Below are positions 12,559 to 26,605 of a stretch of 64,000 nucleotides of DNA, in pieces (position 1 is the stretch's first letter; the number at the start of each line of letters is the position of its first letter). Source of the DNA: Paramecium tetraurelia (taxonomy: Eukaryota); contig CT868241.1 in the NCBI GenBank assembly GCA_000165425.1, positions 186,001-250,000 of the forward strand, read 5' to 3'. The position numbers and the translations under genes are program-made. The notes beneath the pieces are model-generated. The model had not been told where the DNA came from, did no database searches, and was given only the letters and a program-made list of their open reading frames with translations.

Positions 12559-13004
12559 TCAATAGAAGAAACCAAGGATTTTGCCTCCAATATGTCTTTA
12601 TCTAGCTTCTTCATGGGTTAAAATTCCAACATTAGTGGTGAGAACAACACATCCAAATTATCTGGCTGGGAGAATGTTATTGGCCCATCTTTCGAATTCT
12701 CCTAAAGTAACATCATATCTGGGTGAGATCACACCACATTTATTGATGCGTCCTAACATTTTGTGTCATTTAATACCCAATAATTCAACAACAATCTTGC
12801 CACTTCTATGATCATCAACAATTTCGAATTCGCCAATGTACCCATGTCTTTGCATAACTTATAAGAACTTCACAACCAATTTTGATGTAGGTCTGATCAA
12901 CACTTGCTTTCTTCCTTATCTTAAATATGTTAGGACAACAACTAAAACCTTTCAGCATTCACAATAGAACGGAGGCAATCATTCAAGACATTCATTTTCA
13001 CCAT
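12559..13004 (-). CDS. RPS15A: 40S ribosomal protein S15a (uS8)
   Basis: [72 protein letters not shown]; two introns. Confidence 0.97.
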
Positions 13005-13290
13005 TCGTCAATAAATATTTTTTAATTTTTTTAAATCTTATTTTAATATGTTTATATGCACAATACACCATATTCATTTCAAAATACTTGTGTTGTTTAA
13101 ACAAAGAGACCAATGCTGTCTCACTCTTTTTCCTATTTTCACATAAACAATTTATTCAGCTTGTCAAATGAATTTTTCCATAAAAGTATCTCTTCAGGAA
13201 TGCAGACCAATATTTATTATATATATAAACATGAGTATCAATTATTCGTAATTAATTTAATAATTTTTTACCTTTGACACAAAATTTAGG

Positions 13291-14119
13291 ATGTAAATTA
13301 ACATGGAATTTCTTTGTTTTGAACAAAATGAAAAAATTAGTAAAGTCTTAAAACATAACTTAGTTGAGGAATTAGCTTCCATGAATAATCATCAAGAAAT
13401 TATAGATTTTTGTGATCGCCAGATTTTTCTTATCGAAATCGCATAGAGTAATTAATCAGAAAACTCAAGTAATCTGCTTTGTGTTATTCTTTAGCTCAAA
13501 TCTTAGATGATTCCCAAGAATTGAATAAGTCTTTGGATTAATCCAGTGGAAGTATGCTCCTTTCAAGAGTTGATTCCTTTGGGAAAAGATTTTAGATAGA
13601 AAATGCTTATGATTTTTATTATAAAAAAAAAAGTAAAATCTCAATTTAAATAGTTAAAAGCTTACTAAATTTACAAAGATATGAAGAGGTTATTGAATGC
13701 TGCGATCGATTATTAATACTCTGTTAGGAAAACAATTAAGAAGCATATTGCCAATATGAAAAAGGTTAATACCTATTGTATGATTAGCCAAAGCATTATC
13801 TAAATAAGTAAAAATGAATGAGTTTATTAAAATGGTGGGTTTAGACAAGTAAGAAAACAAGCATAATTTTAATTACTATAAATAAGTGGGTAAAGACAAT
13901 TTCAAAATTATTAGTGAAGGATCTAAAGAATTAGGGTTTAATAGAAGAAGCATTAACCTGTTGGGATTATGGGATGTAAAGCAATTAAATTTCAGAAAAA
14001 TTCTCTCATAAAAAAAGTTTTATAATTTAATAAATCTAGAGAAGCTTTTAAGTAAATATGAAAAAATAGAGGAAGCCAAAGAATGCTAAAAGCAATTAGA
14101 GAATCTTGGGTTAAGCTGA
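13291..14119 (+). CDS. TPR-like repeat protein
   Basis: Helical repeats LLNLQRYEEVIECCD, LKELGLIEEALTCWD, KYEKIEEAKEC separated by tiny introns; start codon uncertain. Confidence 0.55.
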
Positions 14120-14387
14120 TTTAACATTTATAATATAATATTGCAAGCATCAATAATTATTTACTATCCATAATGCCGTTTAAATTAAATATAGATTATT
14201 TTTTGTGGAAATCTAATTAATAAAATATAAATGCAAAAAAAAACACATTTAATTCTTCGTTAAATTGATTATATTCTCTTAGGTTTGGCTATTTTACATT
14301 CTTATATACTATATGATTATCTGATATATTAGATTTGCCCTTCTTAAGGGTTTTTAATAATATTAAAAAATCATTATTTCTATTAAA

Positions 14388-15998
14388 ATGTATTAAAATT
14401 ACTCATAACAAGCTTAAATGGTCGAGGATCTCTCTTAAATAACTTGCTCCAATAATCACTATAACACACGCATTGAATATATTTCGAAAAATAGTCAGAA
14501 AGGTTCTAAAGAATTGTTGTGTTCAAAGTGCATAGAAAATTTCAACAATCCTCCTTCAAATTTGATTTTCATATAAGATATCATAGAGACAATTGAGTAA
14601 GAAAAGCGGTAGTGTTATATTCAAACGGAGAATGCTACATATCACTTTATTTAGGATATCGAAAAATTAGTCTTAAGCTTACGTGATTATTAGGCATAAA
14701 TGCATTATCAAATTTAAAACCTTATTGAGTCTAGTAATAATTGGATAGAAAATTTGAATTATTATAAAAGTTAGAAGCTAAAATATAAACTTTTGGATGA
14801 AATAGAAAATTTAGATAATTTACATCTTTTCTAAGAAGAGTTAAGGTAATAAAGTTTGACATTTGATGTTTATGAAATAAATAAAATAAACGAGAATAAT
14901 ATTGAAAAGGTATTTTTGGGCATTGAAAAAATTAATTAAAAGGTAAAAGAATGTTCTAAGTTCTAAGGAATGGCTAATGCAATTATAAAAAATGCTAATA
15001 ATTTTGATTATTTTTAACCTACAAAAATGAAGATTAATTCATAAAAATTGATTTCCGATAAAATCGAAGATTAACTCTGCAATGCCTTGGCTTTTAATAG
15101 TGATGAGTCACTATTAGCAACAGCAGCAGATAAGAATATAAAAATCTGGAAATTTCAAGAAGGAAAATTGACAGAAAATGTCGCAAACTTGCAGGAACAT
15201 TTAGATTAAGTTGTTTGTTTGGTCTTTCATCCAATAGTAGTCGATTTACTAATGTCTGGAAGCAAGGATGGAATAATAAGATTCTGGAGAGACCCTAGTT
15301 AAAGCAAATGGAAGTAAGTAGAATCTCTTAGGATTAATATAAGTTATCCTATAAGTATGATTCTGAATCAATATTAAAATTAATTAATTGTAGGCTGTTT
15401 TGATGGTTCAATTAAAATAAACTTATTCAATGTGGATAGAAATAAGGCTAATGAGTAATAAAGGTTGGATAAGCATACTAAGCCAGTTTATAGTATAAGC
15501 TTAAATTCTAAGTGCAATCAATTTGTTTCATCTAGCAGTGATAAATAATTAATTATATGGGAGAAAAATGATGCTTAAAATTGGGATTTTAAGTATGTGG
15601 TTGATAAATCAATAAATGATATTTGTTATAGGGCTGGCTATTTTGGAGACGACACAATTGTGTTCCAATAAAAGAGAAATGGTAATCTACATTTCCTTAA
15701 ATTGCAAAACAATAAATTTTCAGAAAGAACATAATTGAAGTTAGCAGTAACTCATTAGGATCCAGAAGTTGAATGCTTCTTCCCCATAATATATAATAGT
15801 AAGAACTAAGTTTTGGTGGTAAAGCACTTTCAACATGTCTACATTATCAAGCAAAACAAACAATAATATTAAATAGCCTGTTAACCAATAGATTGTTAAA
15901 ATCCATATAATTACGGCACCCTGACAAAGGATGGATAATACCTAGTAATTTGGGAAAATATCACTAGAAAATTTAAGGTATATGAATTGCAATATTGA
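14388..15998 (+). CDS. WD40-repeat protein with N-terminal coiled coil
   Basis: CNALAFNSDESLLATAADKNIKIWK, HLDQVVCLVFHP..LMSGSKDGIIRFW, HTKPVYSISLN..FVSSSSDKQLIIW; TGA 15996-15998. Confidence 0.85.
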
Positions 15999-16163
15999 GT
16001 ATCCATAACATATAAAATTATCGATTATTTATTCGTGAAATTATTATATAATGTATTCCTTAATAATCATCTGTCTAAAGATAGTTAATAACATTAATTG
16101 TATAAATGACGATGAAATTTTGTAAGTTGAATATTAATAAACTTATTTAATTTGAATTTACTT

Positions 16164-17801
16164 ATGTCCGATTAATTCGAATAGTCGCAAGAAGGCATTG
16201 TTCAAAATGAAGTGCCTGAATATAGAGATCAAGAGCTTTTTGATTAGGTGGCCTCGAAGTAAAATAACGAGAAAAAACTAAATTTTTAAATAGAAGAAGA
16301 AGAAGAATAAGATTAAAATCAGCCGGTTGGGGCTATTTAAGAAGTCACCAAGCCTGAAGAGATTAAAAAGAACGTATCTTAGATTAGCAACCCATTATAG
16401 CCTATAATGATAAATAAAGCAGAAACTAAGAGAATAGTACATCAGGCTGCTTTGGAAAGAAAGACAGAAGCATTTGAATAAACTAAGAGTTTTGAACTTC
16501 ATAGATCTTAATAAATTTTCTAACATAGATAATTGGTAGATTCGGTTTGGGCAAGATTACAAAAGGTAGTGGCTTCATCTGATGAGTCTATGAAATTTTT
16601 AGTCTCGTTTATGAAATAAAGGATTGAATAGGAAGAATCACAATTAAAATACTCTTAAACAGCTTAGTTAAGTAAGTTGTTTAAGGATTTTGGTAATATT
16701 TGAATATAAACTTTAGATGGAAAGATTATGTAATGTAATTATCCTGAGTTTTCGAAAGCAGTAAGAACAATTGATTCCTCTATGGAAAGATAGACAGATC
16801 AGATTAAGATTTTTATTGTGTGGATGCAAAATCAGACTCGAGAGAGATTGGAATAAGAAATGAACAATTTTACAAATTAAAATAGAGGTATCAAGAAATT
16901 TTAATTAAAATAGACTTAATAAATTCATATAATCGTTTCAAAAAGACATTAGCAGATTTGGATAAAGAAACTATGAAATATTTTAACAAATATGATAAAA
17001 TGTATTAGAATATGACAATTAAAGGTAAAAAGCCATAAAAAGACTTTTTGAGAGCCGAATTAAAATATAAATAGGTATTCGCGCTTAATTAATATTTTAG
17101 GCTGCTTCAAGAGTTGTAATTTATTAAAGAGAATTTGGAGCCTGGTTGTTAAATAGTTGGAATGAAATAAAATTATTAGAAGCTTAAAGATTGGATTTAG
17201 TCACTCATACTTTAATAGAGTTCTAAAATCAAATTATGAATGTGTATGGCAAGATTCCTCAACATGATTCAATTATTGTGGCATTGAATGGAGTAAAGGT
17301 CTAATAGGAAGTTCAGACATTATATTCACCTGATTTTGTACTAACAAAATAGGAACTAGAATTCATTCAGACAGAGCAACAATAAGAATTAGTTAAATAT
17401 TTCCAAAGCTTTCAAGTAAAATTAATCAATATGTCTAGGTTATTGATAAATATGCTGAATTATCTCATCCATTAATTCTAAAATAATTTTCAGCTTAAAG
17501 AGATGTTGGTACTATAGGCAAGACTTGGATCGAAACTGGCATTATTATTACAGTTGATCATTACTTTTTAACATTCGAAGGTAAGCCAACTAGATTTTCA
17601 AGACCGGAAAACAAATACCCACTTGATGGAATGAAAATGACCGCTAGGAATGCTGTAGAATTAGAGATTTAATTTGTTATTCCTGGTTTAGTGATGGATT
17701 CAAAGAAGAAATTACTTATTCAATTTAAGAAATCAGATGAATTGGAGGAAATGATGTATTTTCTAGAAACTGTTGGGCAAAATAAATTTGCTTTAAATTG
17801 A
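16164..17801 (+). CDS. F-BAR-like helical domain plus C-terminal PH-like domain protein
   Basis: Helical segments FMKQRIEQEESQLK and EIKLLEAQRLDLV resemble F-BAR; C-terminal RDVGTIGKTW..IITVDHYFLTFE..LIQFKKSDELEEM resembles PH; four tiny introns. Confidence 0.65.
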
Positions 17802-17846
17802 AATATGTCAACCATGATATAATATGAATAGTTATAAAATAATAAA

Positions 17847-19284
17847 ATGAAATCAAAATACTAGCTTTAATCAGATGAAGATGTAGATACTCTGGGTTCC
17901 TATACATCGATGACTTATGATGACAAAACTATGGAAGTGGTGCAGTACAGAAAAGAGAATTTCTTTCAATTTGGATCATCCATATTGGCAGTAATTTATA
18001 TGGCCAATACTATGTTGATTCCTAATATGAACTAACTTTTTATTGATATATCATTTGATAATCCTTTAAAAATGGTTATTTCAGTGATCATGTATTGGTT
18101 GCTCTCATTTTTAATTTTGATACCCTGTTATTTGGTTATTAAAATATGCAAACAAGAAGGTAATCCTATTTATGCCCATATAATCAAACAAGATTCAAAT
18201 AAAATCTACAAATCATTCATATATAGTAATTTAATAATAAATACCCTTGGATTATTTAATATAATTGTGAGATTGGGGGACAGCTTACCTAAGGTTAATC
18301 GAAGGTTTTACATTGAGTTTCATCATTTAATGGCTTCAGAACAAGCTGAATTATTCTTCCCAACAGTCGTTTGCTACTCAACAATAGTATTGGCCTTATT
18401 TTATGGATTTTATAAATTTTCCTACTTTGAGCATTACTATGACATTCAATATAGACTCATTGTTTCATTTGTAGGTAAAATAATATTGAATACCCTAATA
18501 TTTTTATTGATATACTTTGAAGTACCTGATGCAAGTCAGGAATACATATCAATGGCTGAAAAGTAAATATTGTAATATATGTAAAACTAGTTTATTAGAT
18601 GCAGATTTTTCGAGTGGTGCTTCAGAATGGATAACTTATTGCTTTAATTAAATTTGCTGCATTTCTTATCCTTTCTTTGAAGTGTTCTATTTGAAGAGAG
18701 AAACCAAAAAGGGATACTCAAAGGTTTAGTAATGCTATTGGATTTAATTGTTGTTGAGATCTGTGATATTTTTTTACTAGATTACAACATGGGGAATTAT
18801 CATCAGATAAGATAAGATGAAGTATTACTATTAGCCCTTGTTGTAATCCTTAAATACGATGTTGATTTTCCTTATTTCCATGTCCATAACTTCGATCTAT
18901 TCCCACAATTATACATTGAATAAAGAACTCTTATAAGACAATATACAGACAGCGACAGATGAAGATAATAAAAAATAAATTAAGGAAATTTATATGGTAG
19001 CTGCTGGGCTTTTTATATTTTAAATATTGAGTTGTGTTGTGTGCAGATACTTTTTTAGAGATCTAGAGGTTCCACAAATCAAATCATTTATTTTTTCGTT
19101 AACTTATAGTGTGCAAACGATCTGCTTTGGTTTTTCTTGTATAAGCATACCAGTATATTTATGGATCAAAAACTTTAACCCTAAGTCCAATATATTTAGA
19201 GGAATGGCCTATTTAGCAATCTTAATTTACATGATTATTTTTGTTGGGATAAGCAGCGAGCCATTTTTTTCATTAAAAAAATGA
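17847..19284 (+). CDS. Multi-pass transmembrane protein of unknown function
   Basis: ATG 17847 is in frame with track ORF 18072-18566; intron ~18563-18590; about 10-12 hydrophobic segments; TGA 19282-19284. Confidence 0.75.
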
Positions 19285-19999
19285 TTAATATATATATATT
19301 GCATAAATAGAATCAACTTATGCTGATTAATAATATTAATATTTTTATATCTCCAAAAGTTTATAAGTTATAAATCTAAATAATCTAGTTTACTTGAAAG
19401 GATTGTATACTGAAAGTCATTTTATTAGAGAATTCAATCAAGATTACGAAAACTCATCAGAATTGAAGTTCGCTAGATAAAGTTGGTTGCCATATTTAGC
19501 ATCCTTATAAGTATTTTAAATTATAAGCACTTTAGAGGAACATAAAAATAAATTCAAGAAGTTTCATTGATCTAAACAACAGTAAAGCTGAAATCTATAT
19601 TAATTTTTACCATCTCAAGAAATTATGTTAGTTTAGGATTGATTAAAGAAATCCAAACATCAACATCCTAAAAAGATAGTTAAAGAAAAAGAAGATTCAT
19701 CCTATGAATTTAGAATCTTTATTCTTAAAGGCTACCTATAACATTAATAGGGCTGAATTTGAAATAAAGTATGAAAAGGAAATACAAGAGTATATTTTTC
19801 AATAAAAATATTTTGGGAATTTCAATCATAAGAAGCAAAGAACTTAGAGAACTGATGGGAAAAGTTCTTAAATTAATTTAGAATAGGTGAATTATATAAA
19901 AAGTAAAGTATTTTATGGTTTGAATACGAAAATGAGGAAACCAAGAAACCAAAGCAATGAGTAAAAAAATTTAAATAAAATTAAATCTTAAATTAATTC

Positions 20000-20544
20000 A
20001 TGGGACGCATGTAAGCTAAGGGAAAGGGAAAGGGTATTTCTGGTTCAGCCCTCCCATATAAGAGAAAAGCACCAAAATGGTTGACATTATCCTCAAAATC
20101 CATCCTTGATCAAATTGTTAATTTAGCAAAGAAAGGTTTCAATTAAATTGTTAACATTTCCTTTAGGTCTTAATGCTTCATAAATTGGTGTTTATTTAAG
20201 AGATCAATAAGGCATTCCTTAAACCAGATTTTTAACCGGCCAAAAGATTTTGAGAATCCTCAAAAAAAGAGGTATTTGTTGTTCAATAATCTTAGGATGT
20301 GCTCCTAAAATTCCTGAGGACTTATATGCCTTGATTAAGAAAGCTGTTTAAATCAGAAAGCATTTAGAAAAAAACAGAGGTGATGTGACTAGCAAATTCA
20401 GATTAATTTTGGTTGAGAGCAGAATTCATAGACTTAGTAGATATTACAGAAGAACCTAAAAATTACCATCCAACTGGAAATAGTAATTATAATATTTAAT
20501 AATTAAGTGTCTCAAAGACTGCATCTGCCTTAATTGGTTAATGA
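20000..20544 (+). CDS. RPS13: 40S ribosomal protein S13 (uS15)
   Basis: [56 protein letters not shown]; three introns (first 20136-20166). Confidence 0.97.
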
Positions 20545-21026
20545 GTTAAATATCAATACATTAATGCATTATCTTAATATATAAATAACAATATTTTAAA
20601 TCATCTTTTATTAAAAAAGGATTAATCTATTCTAAATAATGGATGTTAAAATTTTATTTCAAAAATTTATTATTACCAAATACTTCGAAAAAATAGTAAT
20701 AATTATATTAAATAACTTTTGTTATTACCTAATTTTTTTGATATTAGCCATTCCTCTTCGTCAGAAGCACAGATTAGATTAAGCTTAGAATGAATCTTTT
20801 TCTTCAATTAAACTTGTGTTATATGTATCTATAAGGCTATTAAATGGTAATTGTTTGACTGTATTTTCTCTAAATTTGTTCTCAATTAGAGTAAACTTAA
20901 AAAAAATCAAAAGAAATAAAATTTACATTAACTTTCTTAATCTATAATACCAATTAAACAAATAATAAAAGAAGACTTTTTGATATAATTAAATTTTATT
21001 ATTATCAATAGATTTGACAATAATTA

Positions 21027-23081
21027 TCATTTGTTATGTATTTATTCCCACCAAGTTACTTTTTAGAAGGTATTCTTTCCACTGTAAATTTTTTACATAA
21101 ATTTGTTATAAATATCCCCATCGCTAGAACCAAAAATGGAACCTAAGATTTCATCAGGTGGAGCTAAAGCATCAATAATTCCTATGGCTTCATCCTTTAG
21201 TTGGTTACTAAACTTCATTAGTAATTTTTTGACTGTGGCATCGGAGATGTTAAATTCTAAGATTTAAAATAAATGAATACCATTATTTTTATAGAGTTCA
21301 ATTTCATTATCCAATAAGGTCAAACACCAAATTTTAAATATGGTATCTAAAACTGAATCATTCTTTAGATTTAGTTCTTACCATTGTTAAAAGCAATAGA
21401 GATCAGCATATGAATTAGATATTTATTATCCCTTGAATGCAAATGAAAGATTCCAAGATTTCAGCATGTCATTATTATTTAAGTTAGTGGTCAAATCTTC
21501 CATGAAGTCACTTAATTATTTGTCCAATTTATATTCCAAGAGATATTTAATATTGTTTGGACATAGATAATCCTCGTCTTTTAAAAATTTAATTGGTTTA
21601 ATTGCGAAAGTCTCAAGGAATTTGAGAGAAGCATATTAAATGGGTTTTTAATCATTGATAAACCTATTTTTTTAATCCATACAGAATTTCAAGGTCTACT
21701 ATGTTAACACATTAGAGTCTCCTTCCCATGTATTATTAATATCTTAATCATGTAACATAACTCCTAATCTATTGAATGAATGGTAGCCATGCCCACCTAG
21801 AATTTATCTACATTCCAAGATGACTTTATTTGCATAAGTAGCAAATTTGCCCTTCAATACACTTGATAAAGCATGAATTTCAGCCATTTTATTTGGATTA
21901 AAAACATTATTCTAAGTGGTATCCCACAAATTATTAATAGCTTTAGCTGCAATTGTGTAAACTAATGTAGATGCCAAGGGAACAATTAATCTGAGTTAGG
22001 TAAGAGGATATTCAAGAATACTTTACTCCTTCTCTCCAGGTAATCCAAATTATTTCCTTATAGCAGCATATCTTATTCCAATAGAAAGTGCATTTAAGGA
22101 TGTAATTGCACCATAGTAACTTAAAATGATTCTACCTCCTGATAACGAAGCTAATTGAACAGCAAATCTTTTGTCTGGATCTTCAATTTAAGTCTTGAAT
22201 TCTCCTGAGGGTGTCACAGTGGCGAATTTATCTAACATATTTGCAAGAGGAACTCTAACATTTTTGAAGATTAAGAATCCATTGTCTATTCCATTCAATC
22301 CATTTTTTGGTCCACAATCTCCAACAGTAATTCCACTTTTAACATTGTGATTGGTTTTATCTCTAATTTCAACTAGAAATGCATGAACTCCATACTAATT
22401 TCCATCAATGTAGAGTTAAGCAAATACAACAGTCATATTAGCTAGGTTAGCTGTTGCTCCAATCCAAAATTTGGTGGCTAAATCTGTAGGAGTGTTAATA
22501 ATGAAAGTTTGTGTTTCTTTGTCATAAATAGCAGTGGTCTATATTTATCTTACATTAGAGCCATGTCCTAATTCGGTGAGACTAAAACTACCGATATCTG
22601 TCAGGGTTTAAGCATTTTCAAAGTATTACTTGTGTTTATCGGTTCCTAGATTGAGAATTGTTTTGGTGTAGAGTGAAAAATGAACTCCAAATTTAACACA
22701 AACTGCTGGGTCGTAGCTGTACATAGCAACGGATGTAGTGGTTACTATATTTGGATCAGATAGAAACATATCATAGGTCACACCAAGTTTTTGATGGAAA
22801 TGTCTCATGGCTTGGAATGAATGATATCTCTATTCTTCTCTTGTGTATTCTTCAAGGTGGTGATGTTTGAAAACATGTTAATTGTTCTTCACTATATCAA
22901 ATAGGTTCTATCGATATTTCCAATTGCGACCATAAAATAATTCAATATATTTTTATTTGTCTATTGTACTCAGTTATCTGTAATATTGTAGAGATTCAAT
23001 AGGATTTGATACTTGTTCATTCATTTCTTTGTATGCTTCAAATTGCTAATGCAATAATTTGACTCTTTGTTCAGAGCTCAT
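21027..23081 (-). CDS. Peroxisomal acyl-CoA oxidase
   Basis: KFGVHFSLY, FSLTELGHGSNV, INTPTDLATKFWIG, DCGPKNGLNGIDNG, RYAAIRKQFG, ECRQILGGHGY, TWEGDSNVL; one intron ~21260-21281. Confidence 0.95.
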
Positions 23082-23597
23082 TAAATTATTATTAATTAAT
23101 CACTATTTTCGATTGATAGCTTAAATACCTCTAAATTGCAATAAATTTATATCAAAATATTCTAAAATTCCTATTTGCTTGAGCATTTAGTACAGATCCA
23201 TTAACCTAATTAAATTGATAAGAAGTTAAATCTATACAGAATATCTAAGTATATCATATTTTCAGGCTTTACTTGCAAGGGAGTTCTTATTTTCAAAAAA
23301 CAATTAGTTTTTCTTTTATAAAATTATAGAACTCTTTGACAAATGATCAAAAAATATAAAAAAACGGCCATTAATCGCCATTCTTCTGATTGCCATCATT
23401 TTAATGTAGTTCAGAAAAGGCTAAAAATGAAAATTTTTAGAAGATTTCATAAAATAATCAGAATCCTAATTGTGTGTATATTTACATTTTGATTCCAATA
23501 AAAATTTAGAATAAAATACACAATAAATTGAGTGTAAAAAATTCATGAATTGATTAACATTAAAATTTTATTTCTTTGTTTCTATAACACCTAAACT

Positions 23598-24484
23598 ATG
23601 AATAACTTGCATAAGTATAAGTCATATAGAAAATCATAGGAGGAATAGGAGAACTAAAATTATGAAATATAGCATAATAAATTTAATAATTTTTATTCTC
23701 TGAATGCAAAGAAGCTAAAACGATGATGATAAACCTCTGATTCCATTATCTTAAGCAACAGAATAAAAGAGACAGGAGAAATTGGCATATGAAAAGCAAA
23801 TGGCCAGAGTTACCTTGTTGAAATAGACCCAATAGAAAAACTTGCATTTAGTATCATACAAATTGATGTAGACAGGCTAAATTATACGAGATGGCTGCAG
23901 ACAAGATTGAAAACGGATTATCAGTGAAGTAACAGTTACGAAATCTGGCTGAGGAAGCGCGTTAATTGAAGGAGGAGGATATGAATAAAAGAAAACATCA
24001 AATCAAATAGATTAAGAGACATGAAGAAGAGTTTATTTTAAAACGAGTTGCTAAATAGAAGATTGGGTATGCGTGGTGAGTGTAATTAGCGATTCCATGA
24101 AGTAATCCTAAGTAAAGGAGTATAAGAGTGCCATCAAATTGACAATATCAAGAACAAGAGATTGTATTCTTCAAGAGAATTAAAAGATTCGAGAGACTCT
24201 CTATTAAGAAGAAAAGAGAAGGAAGGAAAGGAAGGAGGAAGCCAAAAAATTAGATGAAATGAAATCATAACAATTCTATAAGGAAAGAGTTTCGTATGAA
24301 AAAATGATTGAGGAGATGTTAAAAAAATCAAGAGAAAAGCTCTTTTAAGATGAATAGATGTTGCAAGGTCGTTTAAAAGTAAGAATTAGTGTATACTGCT
24401 ATTAGGAAACTTAAAATTTACTTAGTAAATCTTAAAAGAAATTCATGAAACTTCAATCACAAAGCGTGCACAGCAAACGTTGAA
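23598..24484 (+). pseudogene. Frame-disrupted coiled-coil gene remnant
   Basis: E/K/R/Q-rich coding-like blocks and intron-like GT..AG segments (~24067, ~24378), with several frameshifts and in-frame TGAs between 23720 and 23940. Confidence 0.55.
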
Positions 24485-25108
24485 TAGATATACAAATATT
24501 ATATTATTATTAATCAATTATAACTATTATCAATACAGCTTTACTCTATTTTTATACAGTAACATAATTTCATTGAAATAACAGAACAATAATATCCTCC
24601 TATATCAATTTGATCTCATGAAACTCTTTATAAACGGTCTATGTCTTTAATTATAAAATCATATCATTTAATTTATTGATTTTGTTTTCTAGAATGTCAA
24701 AACAGATTCTTGATAAAGTTTTTTAAAAGTATTATTATTTGATCAATTTTAAATCTGCAGTTAATTAATTGACATCACGGTTTATTATTTGAATTACTCA
24801 ATCAAAATTTATTCATATTCTGAATCGAATTAGTTGTCTCATATCTATTAAAAAAATTCATTTTATTAAACCTATCATTATTTAATATAATAGAAATGAA
24901 GTATCATTTTGGAGATACTTAAAATGCTGTTAATATAATTGGACAATAAATAGATACTTGCAAACCCAAACGGCTTTCTAAATAGGATACCAAGAAAATA
25001 GCAAAGCTTATTGTTTTTTATTTTCAGAGGTTTATGTTAAAAATATAAGGAATTCTATTTTATTATGAATTTTAAGCCTAAGGAATTAATCAAAAATATT
25101 TATATAAA

Positions 25109-25938
25109 ATGGATTCGCCAAAGGAATAATAAAACGATGAGCATGTGACTTAATAGGCTTAAACTCATCTTATTTAATTGGATGTAGAAGAAACGATAAC
25201 TGCTCCGGTGAAGAGACCAGCGCCTAAAACTTTTGGGGATTTAACAATCATATTTATTTTCGAAACTATTGGGACAGGATTATTTGCTTATGGAATAGTG
25301 GCATCAAATGGATCAGACGTTTTGATTTCAGCTTATTTATATGCAGCCATATTTTTGACTTGCAAATTCACTGGAGGACATGTTAATCCAGCAGTGTCTT
25401 TCAGTTTTTATTGTGATGATACTATAAGTTCATGGACTTTGAGAATCTATTGGACTGCGCAATTGTTGGGGGCTGTGGGAGGAGCTTGGGTGGCATATCT
25501 AATTTTGGGTGTAGTGACATCTCCGAGCATAAAGAGTACAAATATAGAATGGATGTTGGCAGATTTATGTGGAGAGGTATGATTAATTGTAAATAATGTT
25601 AAAAGGCTTTGGGGACGTTTATGTTTGTGCTTTTCATTCACATACAAGTTCATGAATAGACGAAATAGACGAATAATGACATAGCAGGAATACTTTGGAT
25701 TGCCTTGGCCCTGTTTTTCTCTAGACAACTGTCATCACATACTGGAGGTATTGTGTGAATTAAATTGTCAGGTTGTTTGAATCCAGCAATGGGAGTTGGG
25801 TTAGAATTATTTGAAGCCTTTTGGTTGAATGACACTACGAAGCTAGCCAACTTTTGGGTATTTTTGTTTGCTCCTTTGTTTGGGGCATACATGGCATCGA
25901 CCTTTTATAACTCGATTTATCTATCCTTAAAAAAGTGA
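25109..25938 (+). CDS. Aquaporin (MIP family)
   Basis: Two NPA boxes (TGGHVNPAVS, GGCLNPAMG); FETIGT and GEALGT helices; two introns; TGA 25936-25938. Confidence 0.95.
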
Positions 25939-25977
25939 GAATGATTATTGATGCAAATAAAATAATAATAATTTATA

Positions 25978-26429
25978 ATGAAAGGTAAAGTGGAGATATC
26001 ATCTTCTCAAGAACACAAACATCTCATTCAGGAATCATAAATCTAATTAGCTTAAGCTGGTATAAGTTTTAAAGTAAAAGTTAAGGAGTGGCAATAAATA
26101 GCCATTTTATAAAGTATGAGAATGTAATGATGATTGGTACAAGTGGAGGATCAGCATTGTTGTGTTTGAAGGCTGAAGGACAAGAGGATGAAGATGATGG
26201 ACAGATTGGATCCACAGTCATTTAATAATTGAATGCTCAACAAACAGGAATAAATATTCAAGGCAGTTTGACAGTTCAAATATGGTGTGAGTCGAGGGAT
26301 GAATTTGTCAAAGAATTCAAGAGACTCTAACAAGAATGCATAAAAGAGAAGCCTTTAGAATAGATATTGAGTAGTGATGAAGAGGATGAAGATGAAGAAG
26401 CAATGGAGTAATAAATGGAAATAGAATGA
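25978..26429 (+). CDS. Small acidic protein, possibly pICln/Voldacs-like
   Basis: ~140 aa; beta-rich core (FIKYENVMMIG..LLCL), acidic loop EGQEDEDD, terminal helix and acidic tail SSDEEDEDEE; one intron. Confidence 0.5.
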
Positions 26430-26605
26430 TATATAGATAAATTCTTATTCTTATTTTGGAGTATTTTAAATAATCTAGGATTACATTTATTAAACTACAA
26501 AATCGAAATGATATAAATAATATGATAAAATAAATTAAGTTTTATTATTGTTAAGAATATATATTAAAATCCGTTTTATGAATATGCTTAATATAATAAT
26601 TAAAA

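Noticed and set aside
12417..12811. Track ORFs overlapping RPS15A
   Set aside because: Antisense or off-frame readings of the ribosomal protein gene
23700..23940. In-frame TGA as selenocysteine or readthrough
   Set aside because: TGAs co-occur with frameshifts, with no redox motif and no recognisable SECIS; decay is the simpler explanation
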